Shown one piece after another: positions 1-9,756 of a stretch of 64,000 nt of DNA (position 1 is the first letter of the stretch; every line of letters begins with the position of its first letter). Source of the stretch: an uncultured Desulfosarcina sp. (GTDB lineage: Bacteria; Desulfobacterota; Desulfobacteria; Desulfobacterales; Desulfosarcinaceae); the NCBI GenBank assembly GCA_963674945.2, contig CAXXWQ010000003.1, positions 2,400,001 to 2,464,000 on the forward strand. The letters run 5' to 3'. The notes under the pieces were generated by a model. The model was not told the origin of the DNA, ran no database searches, and saw only the letters and a program-made list of their open reading frames with translations. The translations under genes and the position numbers were made by a program.

Positions 1-129
1 CATGCGGTAACTCTTCCCCTCAATCAAAATGGTTTTGGTGTGATGCACCAACCCGTCCAGGATAGCGGATGTAAGCGTACTGTCGTTGTTAAAGATTTCC
101 GGCCAGTCTTTAAACGCCCTGTTGGTTAT
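1..129 (-). pseudogene. istB: IS21-family helper ATPase (IstB) C-terminal fragment
   Basis: Minus strand reads ITNRAFKDWPEIFNNDSTLTSAILDGLVHHTKTILIEGKSYRM, the IstB C-terminal signature. The usual ILDRL reads ILDGL, and an in-frame stop at 151-153 removes the N-terminus. Confidence 0.85.
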
Positions 130-874
130 AGGGTCAAGTTTGCCCTTGACTCATTCTCGTGAAATGGGGTCATGCAAAACACTTTGAAATCAATGGATTG
201 TGTTTAAAATAGGGGCCGTTTTTAGGCCTTAAATCGATATTTTTTGGGCCATTTAGGACGGTTTAAGGGATCATCAGGTAAAAGACCGGAAGTTGGAAAT
301 ATGGTCGGCGGTTGAGGAACGCATTTTCTCTCTTAACCGCTGTTTCCTTTTTCGGGGTGGTAGGCGGGAATAGATATCCGAGATTAGACTCCGCCGCCGT
401 CAACGGCCCTGACAAAACCCTGGTGCGGTCGCCATGCCTTCACCCCAGTCTTTATCTTGTACAGATACATCAAATTCACTTCCCTCAATTTTTCGTTCTG
501 CTCTGCAGATTAAAAATCGTATCTTCAATTAGCCCGGACTCCAGATACATGGCTGATAATCACACGTTTACCAGAGGTGGTGCTTATGTACAGGTACTTC
601 AAATAAAACGAAGGGAGCTAAAACGTTGGATATCTTAAATAATCTGCACTTGTATTTCCGAACATCCACGATCTAATCCGGTCCCCAACCACTTCAAATC
701 TCCAACCTGCGCCTATCCTTTTTTTGACATAGTAGTACCGTATCGGTTCCATTACCTCCCTGCATCCTATTTTATCCGTCATCTTTCCATACCAGGAATA
801 ATGTATCCTTTTGTATACATAGATGGCATATGTTTTTTCATCGCCATCAAATTCACTACATGGAGGATATTATC

Positions 875-1153
875 ATGACAATTCCAAGTAAAACCACATT
901 CAGTATTGGAGATACCTCTAAGGCTACAGGGGCTTCTAAAAAACAAATCCGCCACTGGGAGGCCAAGGGATACATTCCCAAAGCCCCACGAGTTGTGTCC
1001 GGTGATCGGGCTTATCGTCGATTCACATTGGGTCAGGTCGAGACCATCGGCAAGATCAAGAGCTACCTTGACGATGGGTTCACCCTTTCAACCGCCGCGC
1101 AAAAAGTCAATGGTGTGACCATTTCAAACAAGGAGGGCAAACGAAATGCATAA
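875..1153 (+). CDS. MerR-type HTH DNA-binding protein
   Basis: FSIGDTSKATGASKKQIRHWEAKGYI...YRRF MerR motif; GGAGG precedes ATG 875. Confidence 0.85.
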   Translation: MTIPSKTTFSIGDTSKATGASKKQIRHWEAKGYIPKAPRVVSGDRAYRRFTLGQVETIGKIKSYLDDGFTLSTAAQKVNGVTISNKEGKRNA

Positions 1154-1385
1154 TCTTACCGATAAAACGTGCCCGTTGATGGGCAATACCTGCCAGCTGA
1201 AAGGCTGTACCTTTTTCAACGAGCGACTGGACGGCTGTGAGATTAGCATCCTGAACTACAATCTGTACCAGGTCAAGGAGCACATCAAGGCATGGCTCAA
1301 TCAGGCGGATGGTGGAACAGATTTTGGGCCGGCCGGAAACACAGTAAATCCGAACGGCCCCAGATTCCCAAGACCAACGCGTTAA
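1146..1385 (+). CDS. Small Cys-rich hypothetical protein
   Basis: Overlaps MerR stop, AAGGAGG upstream, CPLMGNTCQLKGC..C cluster. Confidence 0.65.
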   Translation: MHNLTDKTCPLMGNTCQLKGCTFFNERLDGCEISILNYNLYQVKEHIKAWLNQADGGTDFGPAGNTVNPNGPRFPRPTR

Positions 1386-1620
1386 TTTTAAAACGGGTGT
1401 GGGTTAGGGATAGAAACGCGATCCATCCTGAAAAAGGTGCCTCTCCACCTCCACTCATACCCGATTTCACTCAGAGGAAAATTGAATTCAAGGAGGACTT
1501 ATGACAAATGAACGATTGCAAGTGCAACATCGTTGCTGAAAAATCTTTAGCCGCCGCCGAAAAATCCGCATCCAAAAATCTTCACCAAAGAAAGGAATCC
1601 AGACCGGACGGTAATGGTCA

Positions 1621-2238
1621 ATGAAACAGGAAACCCGGCTTCTGATCGAATCCTTTCGCCTCATTACCCGAAACATCCATCAAGGCGGCAAAATTTGGAT
1701 GAATCAGTCCATCCAGAGACGGGTAAAGTGGCTGTTTCGCGAGTACGGCATCACTCGCAAGGAAATCATCGAAAACCTGAAATGGGAATTCGAGAAGCGA
1801 AAAATGCATAAACGTCACAACCCAGAAAAATCCTGTTTGGAAACCTACGTGCTCACTTTTTGCTATTACGGTGTCCTGTCGATGGTAAAGAAGTGCAAAA
1901 AATACCTTGGCACAACATCATCAGTTCCACAGGATCAAAACAAAGATGGAGATAAAATAGAGGCTCGTTCGGGCGCATCCTACGAACCTTATGAAGAAAA
2001 TGGTATCAAAGAGTTGCTCGATTCACATACGCCGGAGGATCTGTTGATCGGAAAGGAACTGATGCAGATGGCACTGGAATATTTCGGCCAGGAAGATCTG
2101 GAAGTCCTTCTTGGGGCCAAGGATCGCGATGCTGTCGCAATGAAACTGGGAATCGAATACAACACTTACCAGAAGCGACTGGAGCGGAAGCGCCAGCGCT
2201 TCAAAATCATCCTTCAGCAAGCCGGCTACATCGATTGA
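1621..2238 (+). CDS. Sigma-70/ECF-like factor
   Basis: Region-2-like HNPEKSCLETYVLTFCYYGVLSMVKK, TPEDLL linker, region-4-like HTH RDAVAMKLGIEYNTYQKRLERKR. Confidence 0.6.
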   Translation: MKQETRLLIESFRLITRNIHQGGKIWMNQSIQRRVKWLFREYGITRKEIIENLKWEFEKRKMHKRHNPEKSCLETYVLTFCYYGVLSMVKKCKKYLGTTSSVPQDQNKDGDKIEARSGASYEPYEENGIKELLDSHTPEDLLIGKELMQMALEYFGQEDLEVLLGAKDRDAVAMKLGIEYNTYQKRLERKRQRFKIILQQAGYID

Positions 2239-2257
2239 TAAAGCGATCCTACCAAAT

Positions 2258-2315
2258 GGGCTCGGGCCGGGCGGGAGATACACCATCCTGTTCCAGTCGA
2301 GCCCTCTTCTTTTTC
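2258..2315 (+). terminator. Putative terminator hairpin
   Basis: GGGCTCG...CGAGCCC stem followed by TCTTCTTTTTT after the sigma-like gene. Confidence 0.5.
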
Positions 2316-2378
2316 AATCCACGTCTCTAATCCTGACGGAAAACATTAGCAATCGCATCTTCCTGTTAAAGCCAACCG

Positions 2379-2790
2379 CAACTTTCCCGGATGAAAGTTG
2401 AGCGAATGTACCGTTCATCCTGAAAAAGCCTCTGGCTTTATCAACACCATCGCCCTGATTCAGGGCAGACCTCCATGGTGTACTGAAGCTTCGGGAAACA
2501 GCTTTCCTGGCCTATGCGGCCAGACCGCAACATCCGCCTTGGCCCCACGTCGACTCATGGTGGTTGTGGGCCAAGTCGGGTGTTAAGAGACTTTTCTAAC
2601 AGACCGGAATTCAAACTCAGCGGAGCTAGTCGAACGGTTTTTCAAGCAGTCGGTCTATCTGGACTGGAAACTAGTGTAACCCGTCATGCCTGAGTGATAC
2701 CGCTATCATTCCGGGCTTACTTGTCGGGTCAAGCAATCCGGCTGTCTTATCTCATGCGAAGCCAAAAGAACGACATCCGGCTTACTTAAC
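2379..2790. ncRNA. Candidate large structured non-coding element
   Basis: No credible ORF; many consecutive stems, e.g. CAACTTTC/GAAAGTTG, AAAGCC/GGCTTT, ACACCAT/ATGGTGT enclosing GCCCTG/CAGGGC, CTGGCC/GGCCAG, CTTGGCCC/GGGCCAAG. Confidence 0.4.
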
Positions 2791-3408
2791 CCTCTACTAT
2801 ACATATCGCATAGCAAATCGAAAAATCGGACAAATTATTTTCAAAAAAATGAAGTTTTTTTCGACCTCCAGCTAACCCATTGTTTTTCTATATTATCCTC
2901 CATTAGAAAATTTCAACTTTTTTTTGCTTTTATTGCTCACTGATCTGCTGCTACAGTAAATTTGAAGAACCTGAACTAAGGATTCGGGCAAGATATTTCC
3001 CTCACTATCCCGGCAAAAGAGAAAAACAACTCGATCCATACCTAACCATATAGTTTGAATTAGATGCCCGTAAATCGTCTCTCAGGCGGCCTGAGACACC
3101 TTTTTGAAGAAGCACTCACACCGGGCAATCACTATTCTGACTTATTCATCATTGTCCTACTTTACGGCAGCCACCCAGTGTGTAGTTGCGGAACCTATTT
3201 TTTGGACAGCGCTGTCCAAAAGCGTCTTATTTATTTTAATCGACCGTCAAGACGGCGCCTTCGCCCAATACCGTTGCCATCGTCCTACTCTTATTGTGAC
3301 CAACCATATATAATTTAATGGAATTTTTCTGCAAAATGTGGCATTGGACGATCCGGACGATGATTTTCAACCTGATTCTAATTTTTCATCTTTGTTGTAA
3401 GGAAACCA

Positions 3409-3597
3409 ATGAGAGACCGATCTGTAACTATCGAGTGCACTGATGACAGCCAGCATATTACAATTCACCTGCCCTGCAGACTGGTTGAACGTGTTGATAA
3501 GTATGCCACTGAGAACGGCACCATCATTACCAATGTTGTAATTGAAGCTCTGGATTCGTTTCTAAGTGGGCAGACGATGGCAACAAAACGAGGGTGA
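3409..3597 (+). CDS. Ribbon-helix-helix (CopG-like) protein
   Basis: ITIHLPCRLVERVDKYATENGTIITNVVIEALDSFL fits the RHH pattern; AAGGA SD. Confidence 0.7.
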   Translation: MRDRSVTIECTDDSQHITIHLPCRLVERVDKYATENGTIITNVVIEALDSFLSGQTMATKRG

Positions 3598-3807
3598 AGA
3601 CTTGGCAACAATCCTCAAGGGACTACCCCATTAAAATTGCACCGTCCTTCCATTCTTTTGTATCTATAAATTGGCATGCATATTTCTCAGTGACATTTAA
3701 TTGATCTATTTTTTCTTCTCATCCATTGACAAATGGTATATTAATGATAATTACTCTCTCATGGAAGTATTTTTTTGTATTTTTTTTTTTTTTTTACTTT
3801 TCTTCTC

Positions 3808-3836
3808 TTGACAAATGAGTATTTGTGCATTATACT
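3808..3836 (+). promoter_or_regulatory. Near-consensus sigma70 promoter
   Basis: TTGACA-17 bp-TATACT, preceded by a T16 tract (3780-3795). Confidence 0.75.
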
Positions 3837-4138
3837 GGGCCAGAAGTGATGAGAGAAGATATTTCTCGTGAGGTTGAAATAGCACCTCAGGTAGTAAAAT
3901 CCAAAAGAATCATAAAACGCCTTTTCCAAGGCATAAGCAACACACGCAATAGAGCGTGAAACTCGGTGAGTTCGATTAGCCAGTTGCTTGGTTTTGGGAG
4001 AGGTGTTTTTTTATGTCCAAACATTCCTTGAAAACAACAAATCGCATTGAGAGCCATCTCGTAAACTGGCCGGGGGTTTACTCCTTCCCTCACAAGTTGT
4101 GCATCAGCATTGATGAATCATAAAATAAGGAGAATCAA

Positions 4139-4411
4139 ATGATCAAATCAATTGAAAGTTTGGACAGGGACGGAAGAAAGTTGACGAGGGAAGTAATGAA
4201 AACAGTAACCAACAATATCAGCCTGACATTTCTATGTGGGATTTCGAAAAAGAAGGAACAGATGGAGGTTGTCCAGGATGCCAGAAAAATTTTGGCGGGC
4301 GCAAATGGCGACCTTCTGGAAATCGCCAGCGTCCTGAGTGGAGTAAGGGAAAAATACAGGCACCTCGGATGCGTTGGTTACTGTTTGACGAAAACAGGGG
4401 GTGAATCATGA
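4139..4411 (+). CDS. Hypothetical protein
   Basis: AAGGAG SD; ATGA overlap with next ORF. Confidence 0.65.
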   Translation: MIKSIESLDRDGRKLTREVMKTVTNNISLTFLCGISKKKEQMEVVQDARKILAGANGDLLEIASVLSGVREKYRHLGCVGYCLTKTGGES

Positions 4412-4704
4412 AATCTTGCGACAGATTTGATCAATGCGATGCTCCGCTTTGCCCTCTAGATGAAAACCTGGACAAGCGCTGTTGGTATAGCGATGAAGCA
4501 GTGTGCTTGTCCCGCAAACACGGAAAAAGCAGATGGGTCAAGAAACAGAAAAGCATCGTACAACGGCAGACGAAAAGTTGGCTGGACAGACCGGTGACCT
4601 ATCGGGAGTTGTTCGATGCGTCCAGGCCCAGAAAGATTTCCAGAGTTCAGAAGAACCGGTTGGTGGAAATGGGAATGGAGCACCGTTACGGAATGGGCAA
4701 TTAG
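4408..4704 (+). CDS. Cys-rich hypothetical protein
   Basis: CDRFDQCDAPLCPLD...WYSDEAVC putative metal-binding motif; coupled start. Confidence 0.65.
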   Translation: MKSCDRFDQCDAPLCPLDENLDKRCWYSDEAVCLSRKHGKSRWVKKQKSIVQRQTKSWLDRPVTYRELFDASRPRKISRVQKNRLVEMGMEHRYGMGN

Positions 4705-4816
4705 AGCAAAGTATTTCGATTCCTGCCCCGCGTGAAAAAGCAGAGATGAGGAAGTAATAGTAAGGTATAGGATTTTAATTTATTTAGCTGCGGGAGACCG
4801 CGAAGGAGAAAGAAAA

Positions 4817-5026
4817 ATGAAAGAATATAGAGCAGAAATAGTTATGACCGTTAACTTTTATGTGTCAGAAGAGATGATAGAAAACTACACAGAGATGTGC
4901 GGTGATAAGGAAGAAGCATTGAAGCAGTTAGCATTGGAGCATTTAGATACGGAAGGATCATATCCAAGAGGTTTCAACTTTTTGGTATGTCTGGATACTG
5001 ATGAAGAGTATGAAGTTAATGAGTAA
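4817..5026 (+). CDS. Small highly acidic protein
   Basis: AAGGAG SD; about 18 D/E versus 5 K/R in 69 aa. Confidence 0.7.
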   Translation: MKEYRAEIVMTVNFYVSEEMIENYTEMCGDKEEALKQLALEHLDTEGSYPRGFNFLVCLDTDEEYEVNE

Positions 5027-5100
5027 GCAAACTAAACTATATAACAGGAACTCACTGGGTTTGTGAGATGGCCTGGTAAGCTCGAAGGAGATCAATAACT

Positions 5101-5430
5101 ATGAACACAGAAGCACTAAAACTTTATGGCGAGAACGATGGATTTTTCCGGGCGGTAAATACGACATGCAGCTTCATTGAGGAAGTGGAACCAGAACTTT
5201 ACGAAACTGAGGAAGAGCTATTCGATATCGCCCTCGAAAGGACCTATGACGATTACTTGGAATCCCTGGATGAGGAACGCAAATATTTCAAACGATACAA
5301 GGTGTCCGTCGAAGTTCAGATTGACCGAACCCTTGATCCGGCCAAATTCTTCGAGATCGTTTTCACGGATTCAAATGGCACCCAGCATTCGTTGCGCGAG
5401 GTCCTGGAAGTCGAAGAGATTCCGTTTTAG
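5101..5430 (+). CDS. Small highly acidic protein
   Basis: AAGGAG SD; EEVEPELYETEEELFD and DDYLESLDEE runs. Confidence 0.7.
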   Translation: MNTEALKLYGENDGFFRAVNTTCSFIEEVEPELYETEEELFDIALERTYDDYLESLDEERKYFKRYKVSVEVQIDRTLDPAKFFEIVFTDSNGTQHSLREVLEVEEIPF

Positions 5431-5596
5431 GTGTTTACATCCCCTACCCGCCTTGGTGCTTTCCTTGGCACCGGGGCACAGGTTATACCGGCAATAGAGC
5501 TGGTACACAGCATCATGCTCCAAAACGCCTGCCCCTCCTGCAGGCACAAGGACCTTCAATAGAGAAGGCCAAATTTAAAAATAGGAGGAATTTTTT

Positions 5597-6214
5597 ATGA
5601 AAGTTTTAAATTTGTACGCCGGTGTCGGCGGGAACAGAAAGTTGTGGAAAGATGTAGAAGTAACGGCAGTAGATAGTAGTAAAGAAATAGCTGATGTTTA
5701 TAGCGAGTTTTATCCTGATGATATCGTTGTTGTTGACGATTCCGTGGACTTCCTAATGAAACATTACAAGGAGTTTGATTTTATTTGGGCGTCACCACCA
5801 TGCCAAAGTCATTCAACAGTAAGATACATTGGCTTAAGTAGAACCAAAGGTCCTTACGATCCCGTTCTTCCTGATATTACGCTATATGCACTTGTGATTT
5901 GGTTTCAGCATCACTTCAATCACAAGCTTTGGTGCGTTGAGAATGTAATCCCTTACTACGAACCTCTTTTGCCACCGACGGCCAAGCTTGATAGGCATCT
6001 ATTTTGGTCGAATTTCCCCATCTCTGAAAAGAAGTTTGAAAAGCCTTCAGTTAGACATAACGATGTTAGAGGAAACACTGTTAGGTATGGAATAGATTTA
6101 AGAGATAAGAAATTTAAAGATACACAAAAGGCTGTCGTGGTTAAGAACTGTGTTAATCCAGATATAGGGGACTACATACTGAATGTTGCGAAAAAATATA
6201 TTAGTCTAAACTAA
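5597..6214 (+). CDS. Short orphan DNA (cytosine-5) methyltransferase
   Basis: Motif I VLNLYAGVGG, motif IV WASPPCQSHS, motif VI VENV; AGGAGG SD; no adjacent endonuclease. Confidence 0.9.
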   Translation: MKVLNLYAGVGGNRKLWKDVEVTAVDSSKEIADVYSEFYPDDIVVVDDSVDFLMKHYKEFDFIWASPPCQSHSTVRYIGLSRTKGPYDPVLPDITLYALVIWFQHHFNHKLWCVENVIPYYEPLLPPTAKLDRHLFWSNFPISEKKFEKPSVRHNDVRGNTVRYGIDLRDKKFKDTQKAVVVKNCVNPDIGDYILNVAKKYISLN

Positions 6215-6604
6215 GATTAATGGATCATCGGAAGGTTTGTCAGAGTTGAAGCATTAAAATGGGCAGAAACCATGTATAAAATAGTCGGGGGTCGGTAACG
6301 GCCCCCAAAGGAGTCCCTCACATCGGGCTCCAAAAGGTCGCCAATCCAATTAGCGCGACTGGGCACACCATGGGCGGCGTAATCGCTGTCTTCCGGAACC
6401 GACCGGCACAGGGCCTGCCATACCGAATTTAAAACGAGGTGAAGACAGATGAACATCAATAGAAAGGAGCAAAGTTACAAAGAAAACCAGGACGTAATCG
6501 ATGGATTGAATTTATCGGCTGGTCAGTCTGTTGTTTCAGCAGATACACCATTATCTTCGGGAGATCTAAACAATGGATTGACATTAACCGACCAGAAGAA
6601 GATT

Positions 6605-6928
6605 ATGACCCCCAAGGAAACAGCCCAGTATTTAGGAAAAAGCCTTTCATGGGTTTACAAGAATGTAGCCCTACTGGGCGGTAGGAAGCTCGGAGGTTCT
6701 CTGTTTTTCCCTGCGAAGGAGGATCTCTATGAGCACTTATTTGGTAAAGGAGAAGGGGTGGAGGTACGACTTCACTCTGGAAGGGACCAGACACACCAAA
6801 GGATGGTTCCAAAGAAAACGAGACGCCGTCAAGGCGGAAATGGAAAGAAAGGAGGAGCTAAAGAATCCGGCACCACCGCTCGAAGAGGTGGAGACGCCAA
6901 CAGACATGGCCTTTTTGGATCTGGTTAA
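6605..6928 (+). CDS. Excisionase-like HTH protein (tail overlaps integrase in another frame)
   Basis: MTPKETAQYLGKSLSWVYKN..GGRKLGGSLFF, Xis-like HTH directly upstream of the integrase; start uncertain. Confidence 0.65.
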   Translation: MTPKETAQYLGKSLSWVYKNVALLGGRKLGGSLFFPAKEDLYEHLFGKGEGVEVRLHSGRDQTHQRMVPKKTRRRQGGNGKKGGAKESGTTARRGGDANRHGLFGSG

Positions 6929-7835
6929 TTGTCGCCTGGACTACGTAAAAGCATATAATTCAGATCGGCACTATACAGATCATCTTTACCTGGCTAAGCG
7001 TTGGGTCAAAGAATGGGGAAAACGAAATTGTAGTGATATTGCCCCTACAATGATCCAAAACTATCTCATAAAGCGTTTTCGGCAGACATCAGGATACACG
7101 GCAAATAAAGAACTGCGCTACCTTCGTGCCCTATTCAACTTTGCCATGCATCCGACGAGGAACTGGATGGATTTCAACCCGACCCGCGGCATAGAATTTT
7201 TTCCGGTGGAAAAACGTATCAAATACGTCCCGCCCAAAAAAGACGTGCTCCAGGTCATCTTGGCTGCCGATCCGGAAACCCAGGATTACCTCTGGACCAT
7301 TGCATTGACAATGGGACGCATGGGGGAAATCAACCGTCTTACATGGCGAGATGTAAATTTTGAAGCTCGCTGTGTGACTCTTTATACAAGGAAGAAAAAG
7401 GGCGGACATTTAACCCCCCGCAGTGTTCCGATGACCGGCAAGCTTTTCGAGGTGCTGGTCCGGCGATTTGAGATGCGGGATAAAGACAAACCCTGGGTAT
7501 TTTGGCATCGCTATTGGAGCCGGAAACATAACCGCTGGATCGAGGGACCATACATCGAGCGGAAAAAAATCATGACGACGCTCTGTAAAAAAGCAGGGGT
7601 CAAGTATTTTCGCTACCATGCGTTGAGGCATTTTGGAGCTTCGATGCTGGACTCTGCAAAAGTCCCGATTGGATCGATTCAGCGTATTCTTGGGCACGAA
7701 AATCGGACGACAACCGAGATTTATTTACACTCCGTAGGCGAGGGTGAGCGCCATGCAATGGACATTCTGGATGAGGGTTTTTGCGAATTTTCTCACACAG
7801 ATTCTCACACAGAAAAAAAGGGATTACAGAACTGA
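6729..7835 (+). CDS. Tyrosine recombinase/integrase of island 1
   Basis: MGRMGEI (R), TRKKK (K), HALRH, LGH, TTEIY; ends beside the att repeat. Confidence 0.95.
   Translation: MSTYLVKEKGWRYDFTLEGTRHTKGWFQRKRDAVKAEMERKEELKNPAPPLEEVETPTDMAFLDLVNCRLDYVKAYNSDRHYTDHLYLAKRWVKEWGKRNCSDIAPTMIQNYLIKRFRQTSGYTANKELRYLRALFNFAMHPTRNWMDFNPTRGIEFFPVEKRIKYVPPKKDVLQVILAADPETQDYLWTIALTMGRMGEINRLTWRDVNFEARCVTLYTRKKKGGHLTPRSVPMTGKLFEVLVRRFEMRDKDKPWVFWHRYWSRKHNRWIEGPYIERKKIMTTLCKKAGVKYFRYHALRHFGASMLDSAKVPIGSIQRILGHENRTTTEIYLHSVGEGERHAMDILDEGFCEFSHTDSHTEKKGLQN
7790..7812. repeat. Tandem TTCTCACACAG x2, probable arm-type sites of island 1
   Basis: Copies at 7790-7800 and 7802-7812, about 45 bp from the att core. 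Confidence 0.55.
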
Positions 7836-7856
7836 GTCTGTAACCCCTTGATTTTA

Positions 7857-7906
<50 letters not shown>

Positions 7907-8059
7907 CACAACTACGAGAAAAACAACAAATTGATTTAGATTGATCGAAATTGATATATAATCGTATTTACCATACTTTACAATAGGTTAAACCTTAATT
8001 AATTCCTCTTTTTTAAATTTTCAAGCTGTTTTATGTTGACTTGTATTGATGAAAATTGA

Positions 8060-8078
8060 TTACATAGTGCTTACACGG
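8060..8078. repeat. 19-bp repeat TTACATAGTGCTTACACGG, probable integrase arm site
   Basis: Exact second copy at 36918-36936; both lie just inside the island ends. Confidence 0.8.
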
Positions 8079-8112
8079 AGGTTTTTCAGGTTGATGTAAT
8101 CAAGGGGGAACA

Positions 8113-9432
8113 ATGGCAAGACAAAAACTGACGGCGGGACGGGTGCAAGATTTCAAGGTGGCGAAAGGGTCAAAACAGTCCTTTTTGTGGGATTCGGAGG
8201 TGCCCGGGCTGGGTGTCAGGGCCACAAGAACCGCCAAAGTATATGTTTTTCAGGGCCGCCTCCTTTCCGGGGCGACGATCCGGCTTAAAATTGGCGATTG
8301 CCGGACATGGGCAATAGATTCAAATGATTCAGAAGTTCCAGGGGCACGTCAGGAGGCTCGACGGTTACGGGCAATGCTTGATAAGGGCATCGATCCCCGA
8401 GAGGAAAAATTGAAAATCCTGGCCGAGATCGTGGCGAAGATGGATGAAACCGAAAGACAAGAGGTTACCGTCTCCGAAGCGTGGGCGGATTATCTCAAAG
8501 CCCGTCGGCCAAAATGGAGTGATCGCCATTACCGTGACCATGAGTCGCTGGCGGATCCGGGTGGCCGTAAAGCCAAGCGAGGAAAAAAGAAGATCAAGGC
8601 TGGTCCCTTGGCCTCCCTGATGGACGTAAAGCTCATCGACTTGACACAAGAGAAAGTTATGGAATGGGCCACCCATGAAGCAAAGGAACGGGCCGCACGC
8701 ACCCGGCTTGCCTTTTCTCTCCTTCGTGCCTTCATCAATTGGTGCGGTGATCAGCACCAATATAAGGGATTGTGCCCGCCCGATGCTTGCTCGAGTCAAA
8801 TAAAGCGGGACATACTTCCGAAGCAACAACCGAAAACCGACTGTCTCCAAAAAGAGCAGCTTAAAGCTTGGTTTGAAGCGGTCCGCGGATATCAAAACGC
8901 AGTCATATCGAGCTACCTCCAAACTCTCCTCCTTGTCGGCGCCAGGCGTGAGGAGCTGTCACATTTGAGATGGGATGATGTGGATTTTAGATGGAAATCC
9001 ATAGTCATCCATGACAAGGTGGAGGGCGAACGCACCATTCCCCTGCCCCCTTATGTCGCCAGCTTGTTGGCTGGCATTCCGAAGCGCAATGAATGGATAT
9101 TCTCAAGCCCATCGGCGGAATCAGGCCGGATCCAAGAGCCCCGTCATGCCCATAATAAATGTCTTGTCAATGCCGGTATTGAGGGATTGACACTCCATGG
9201 CCTACGCCGATCATTCGGCACTCTGTCTGAATGGGTCGAGGTCCCGGTGGGTGTGGTGGCACAGATCATGGGACATAAGCCATCCGCCATCGCCGAGAAA
9301 CATTACCGGCGCCGGCCCCTTGATCTTTTGAGGAAGTGGCATGTGAAAATTGAAAAATGGATCTTAAAGCAGGCCGGCATTGAGCAGCCCGCCGAAGGTG
9401 CCGAGCCCGGCAAAATACAAGTGGTCAAATAG
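8113..9432 (+). CDS. P4-type tyrosine integrase with N-terminal arm-binding domain
   Basis: LWDSEVPGLGVR arm domain; GARREEL, HGLRR, MGH, KHY catalytic motifs. Confidence 0.95.
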   Translation: MARQKLTAGRVQDFKVAKGSKQSFLWDSEVPGLGVRATRTAKVYVFQGRLLSGATIRLKIGDCRTWAIDSNDSEVPGARQEARRLRAMLDKGIDPREEKLKILAEIVAKMDETERQEVTVSEAWADYLKARRPKWSDRHYRDHESLADPGGRKAKRGKKKIKAGPLASLMDVKLIDLTQEKVMEWATHEAKERAARTRLAFSLLRAFINWCGDQHQYKGLCPPDACSSQIKRDILPKQQPKTDCLQKEQLKAWFEAVRGYQNAVISSYLQTLLLVGARREELSHLRWDDVDFRWKSIVIHDKVEGERTIPLPPYVASLLAGIPKRNEWIFSSPSAESGRIQEPRHAHNKCLVNAGIEGLTLHGLRRSFGTLSEWVEVPVGVVAQIMGHKPSAIAEKHYRRRPLDLLRKWHVKIEKWILKQAGIEQPAEGAEPGKIQVVK

Positions 9433-9442
9433 ATGGCTCTCG

Positions 9443-9470
9443 TTGACAATATACCAAAAAGTGGTATAAG
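9443..9470 (+). promoter_or_regulatory. TA promoter with palindromic operator
   Basis: TTGACA (9443) and TGGTATAAG (-10 ends 9470); TATACCA-N5-TGGTATA at 9450-9468. Confidence 0.7.
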
Positions 9471-9477
9471 GTGACAC

Positions 9478-9756
9478 ATGGCATGGACAGTGAAGGGTAA
9501 GCGGTCATTAAACAAACGGATCGAAAAGCTACCGGCAAATGTTCATGCTCGTCTCATGGCGCTGATGCGGGACATGGAAGTGAACGGGCCTGTCCGTGGA
9601 AACTGGCCAAACTATGGGAAGCTATCAAACACCCGGCATCATTGCCACTTGAAAAAAGGACAGCCAACATACGTTGCAGTATGGGAAGTCGTCAACCAGG
9701 AAATAAGGCTTATCGAGGTGATATATGCAGGCACACACGAAAAAGCGCCGTACTGA
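9478..9756 (+). CDS. RelE/HigB-like toxin
   Basis: 92-aa basic protein (WPNYGKL..HHCHLKKG..YVAVW..YAGTHEKAPY) upstream of an XRE HTH gene; toxin-first order. Confidence 0.8.
   Translation: MAWTVKGKRSLNKRIEKLPANVHARLMALMRDMEVNGPVRGNWPNYGKLSNTRHHCHLKKGQPTYVAVWEVVNQEIRLIEVIYAGTHEKAPY

Noticed and set aside
312..638. ORFs 312-638, 3064-3318 and 3104-3313
   Set aside because: No SD or recognisable motif; not supportable.
2379..2790. Group I/II intron or known riboswitch
   Set aside because: No group I core, group II domain V or c-di-GMP-I motif recognised by eye, and no interrupted gene.
5597..6214. Restriction-modification system
   Set aside because: No adjacent endonuclease-like ORF.
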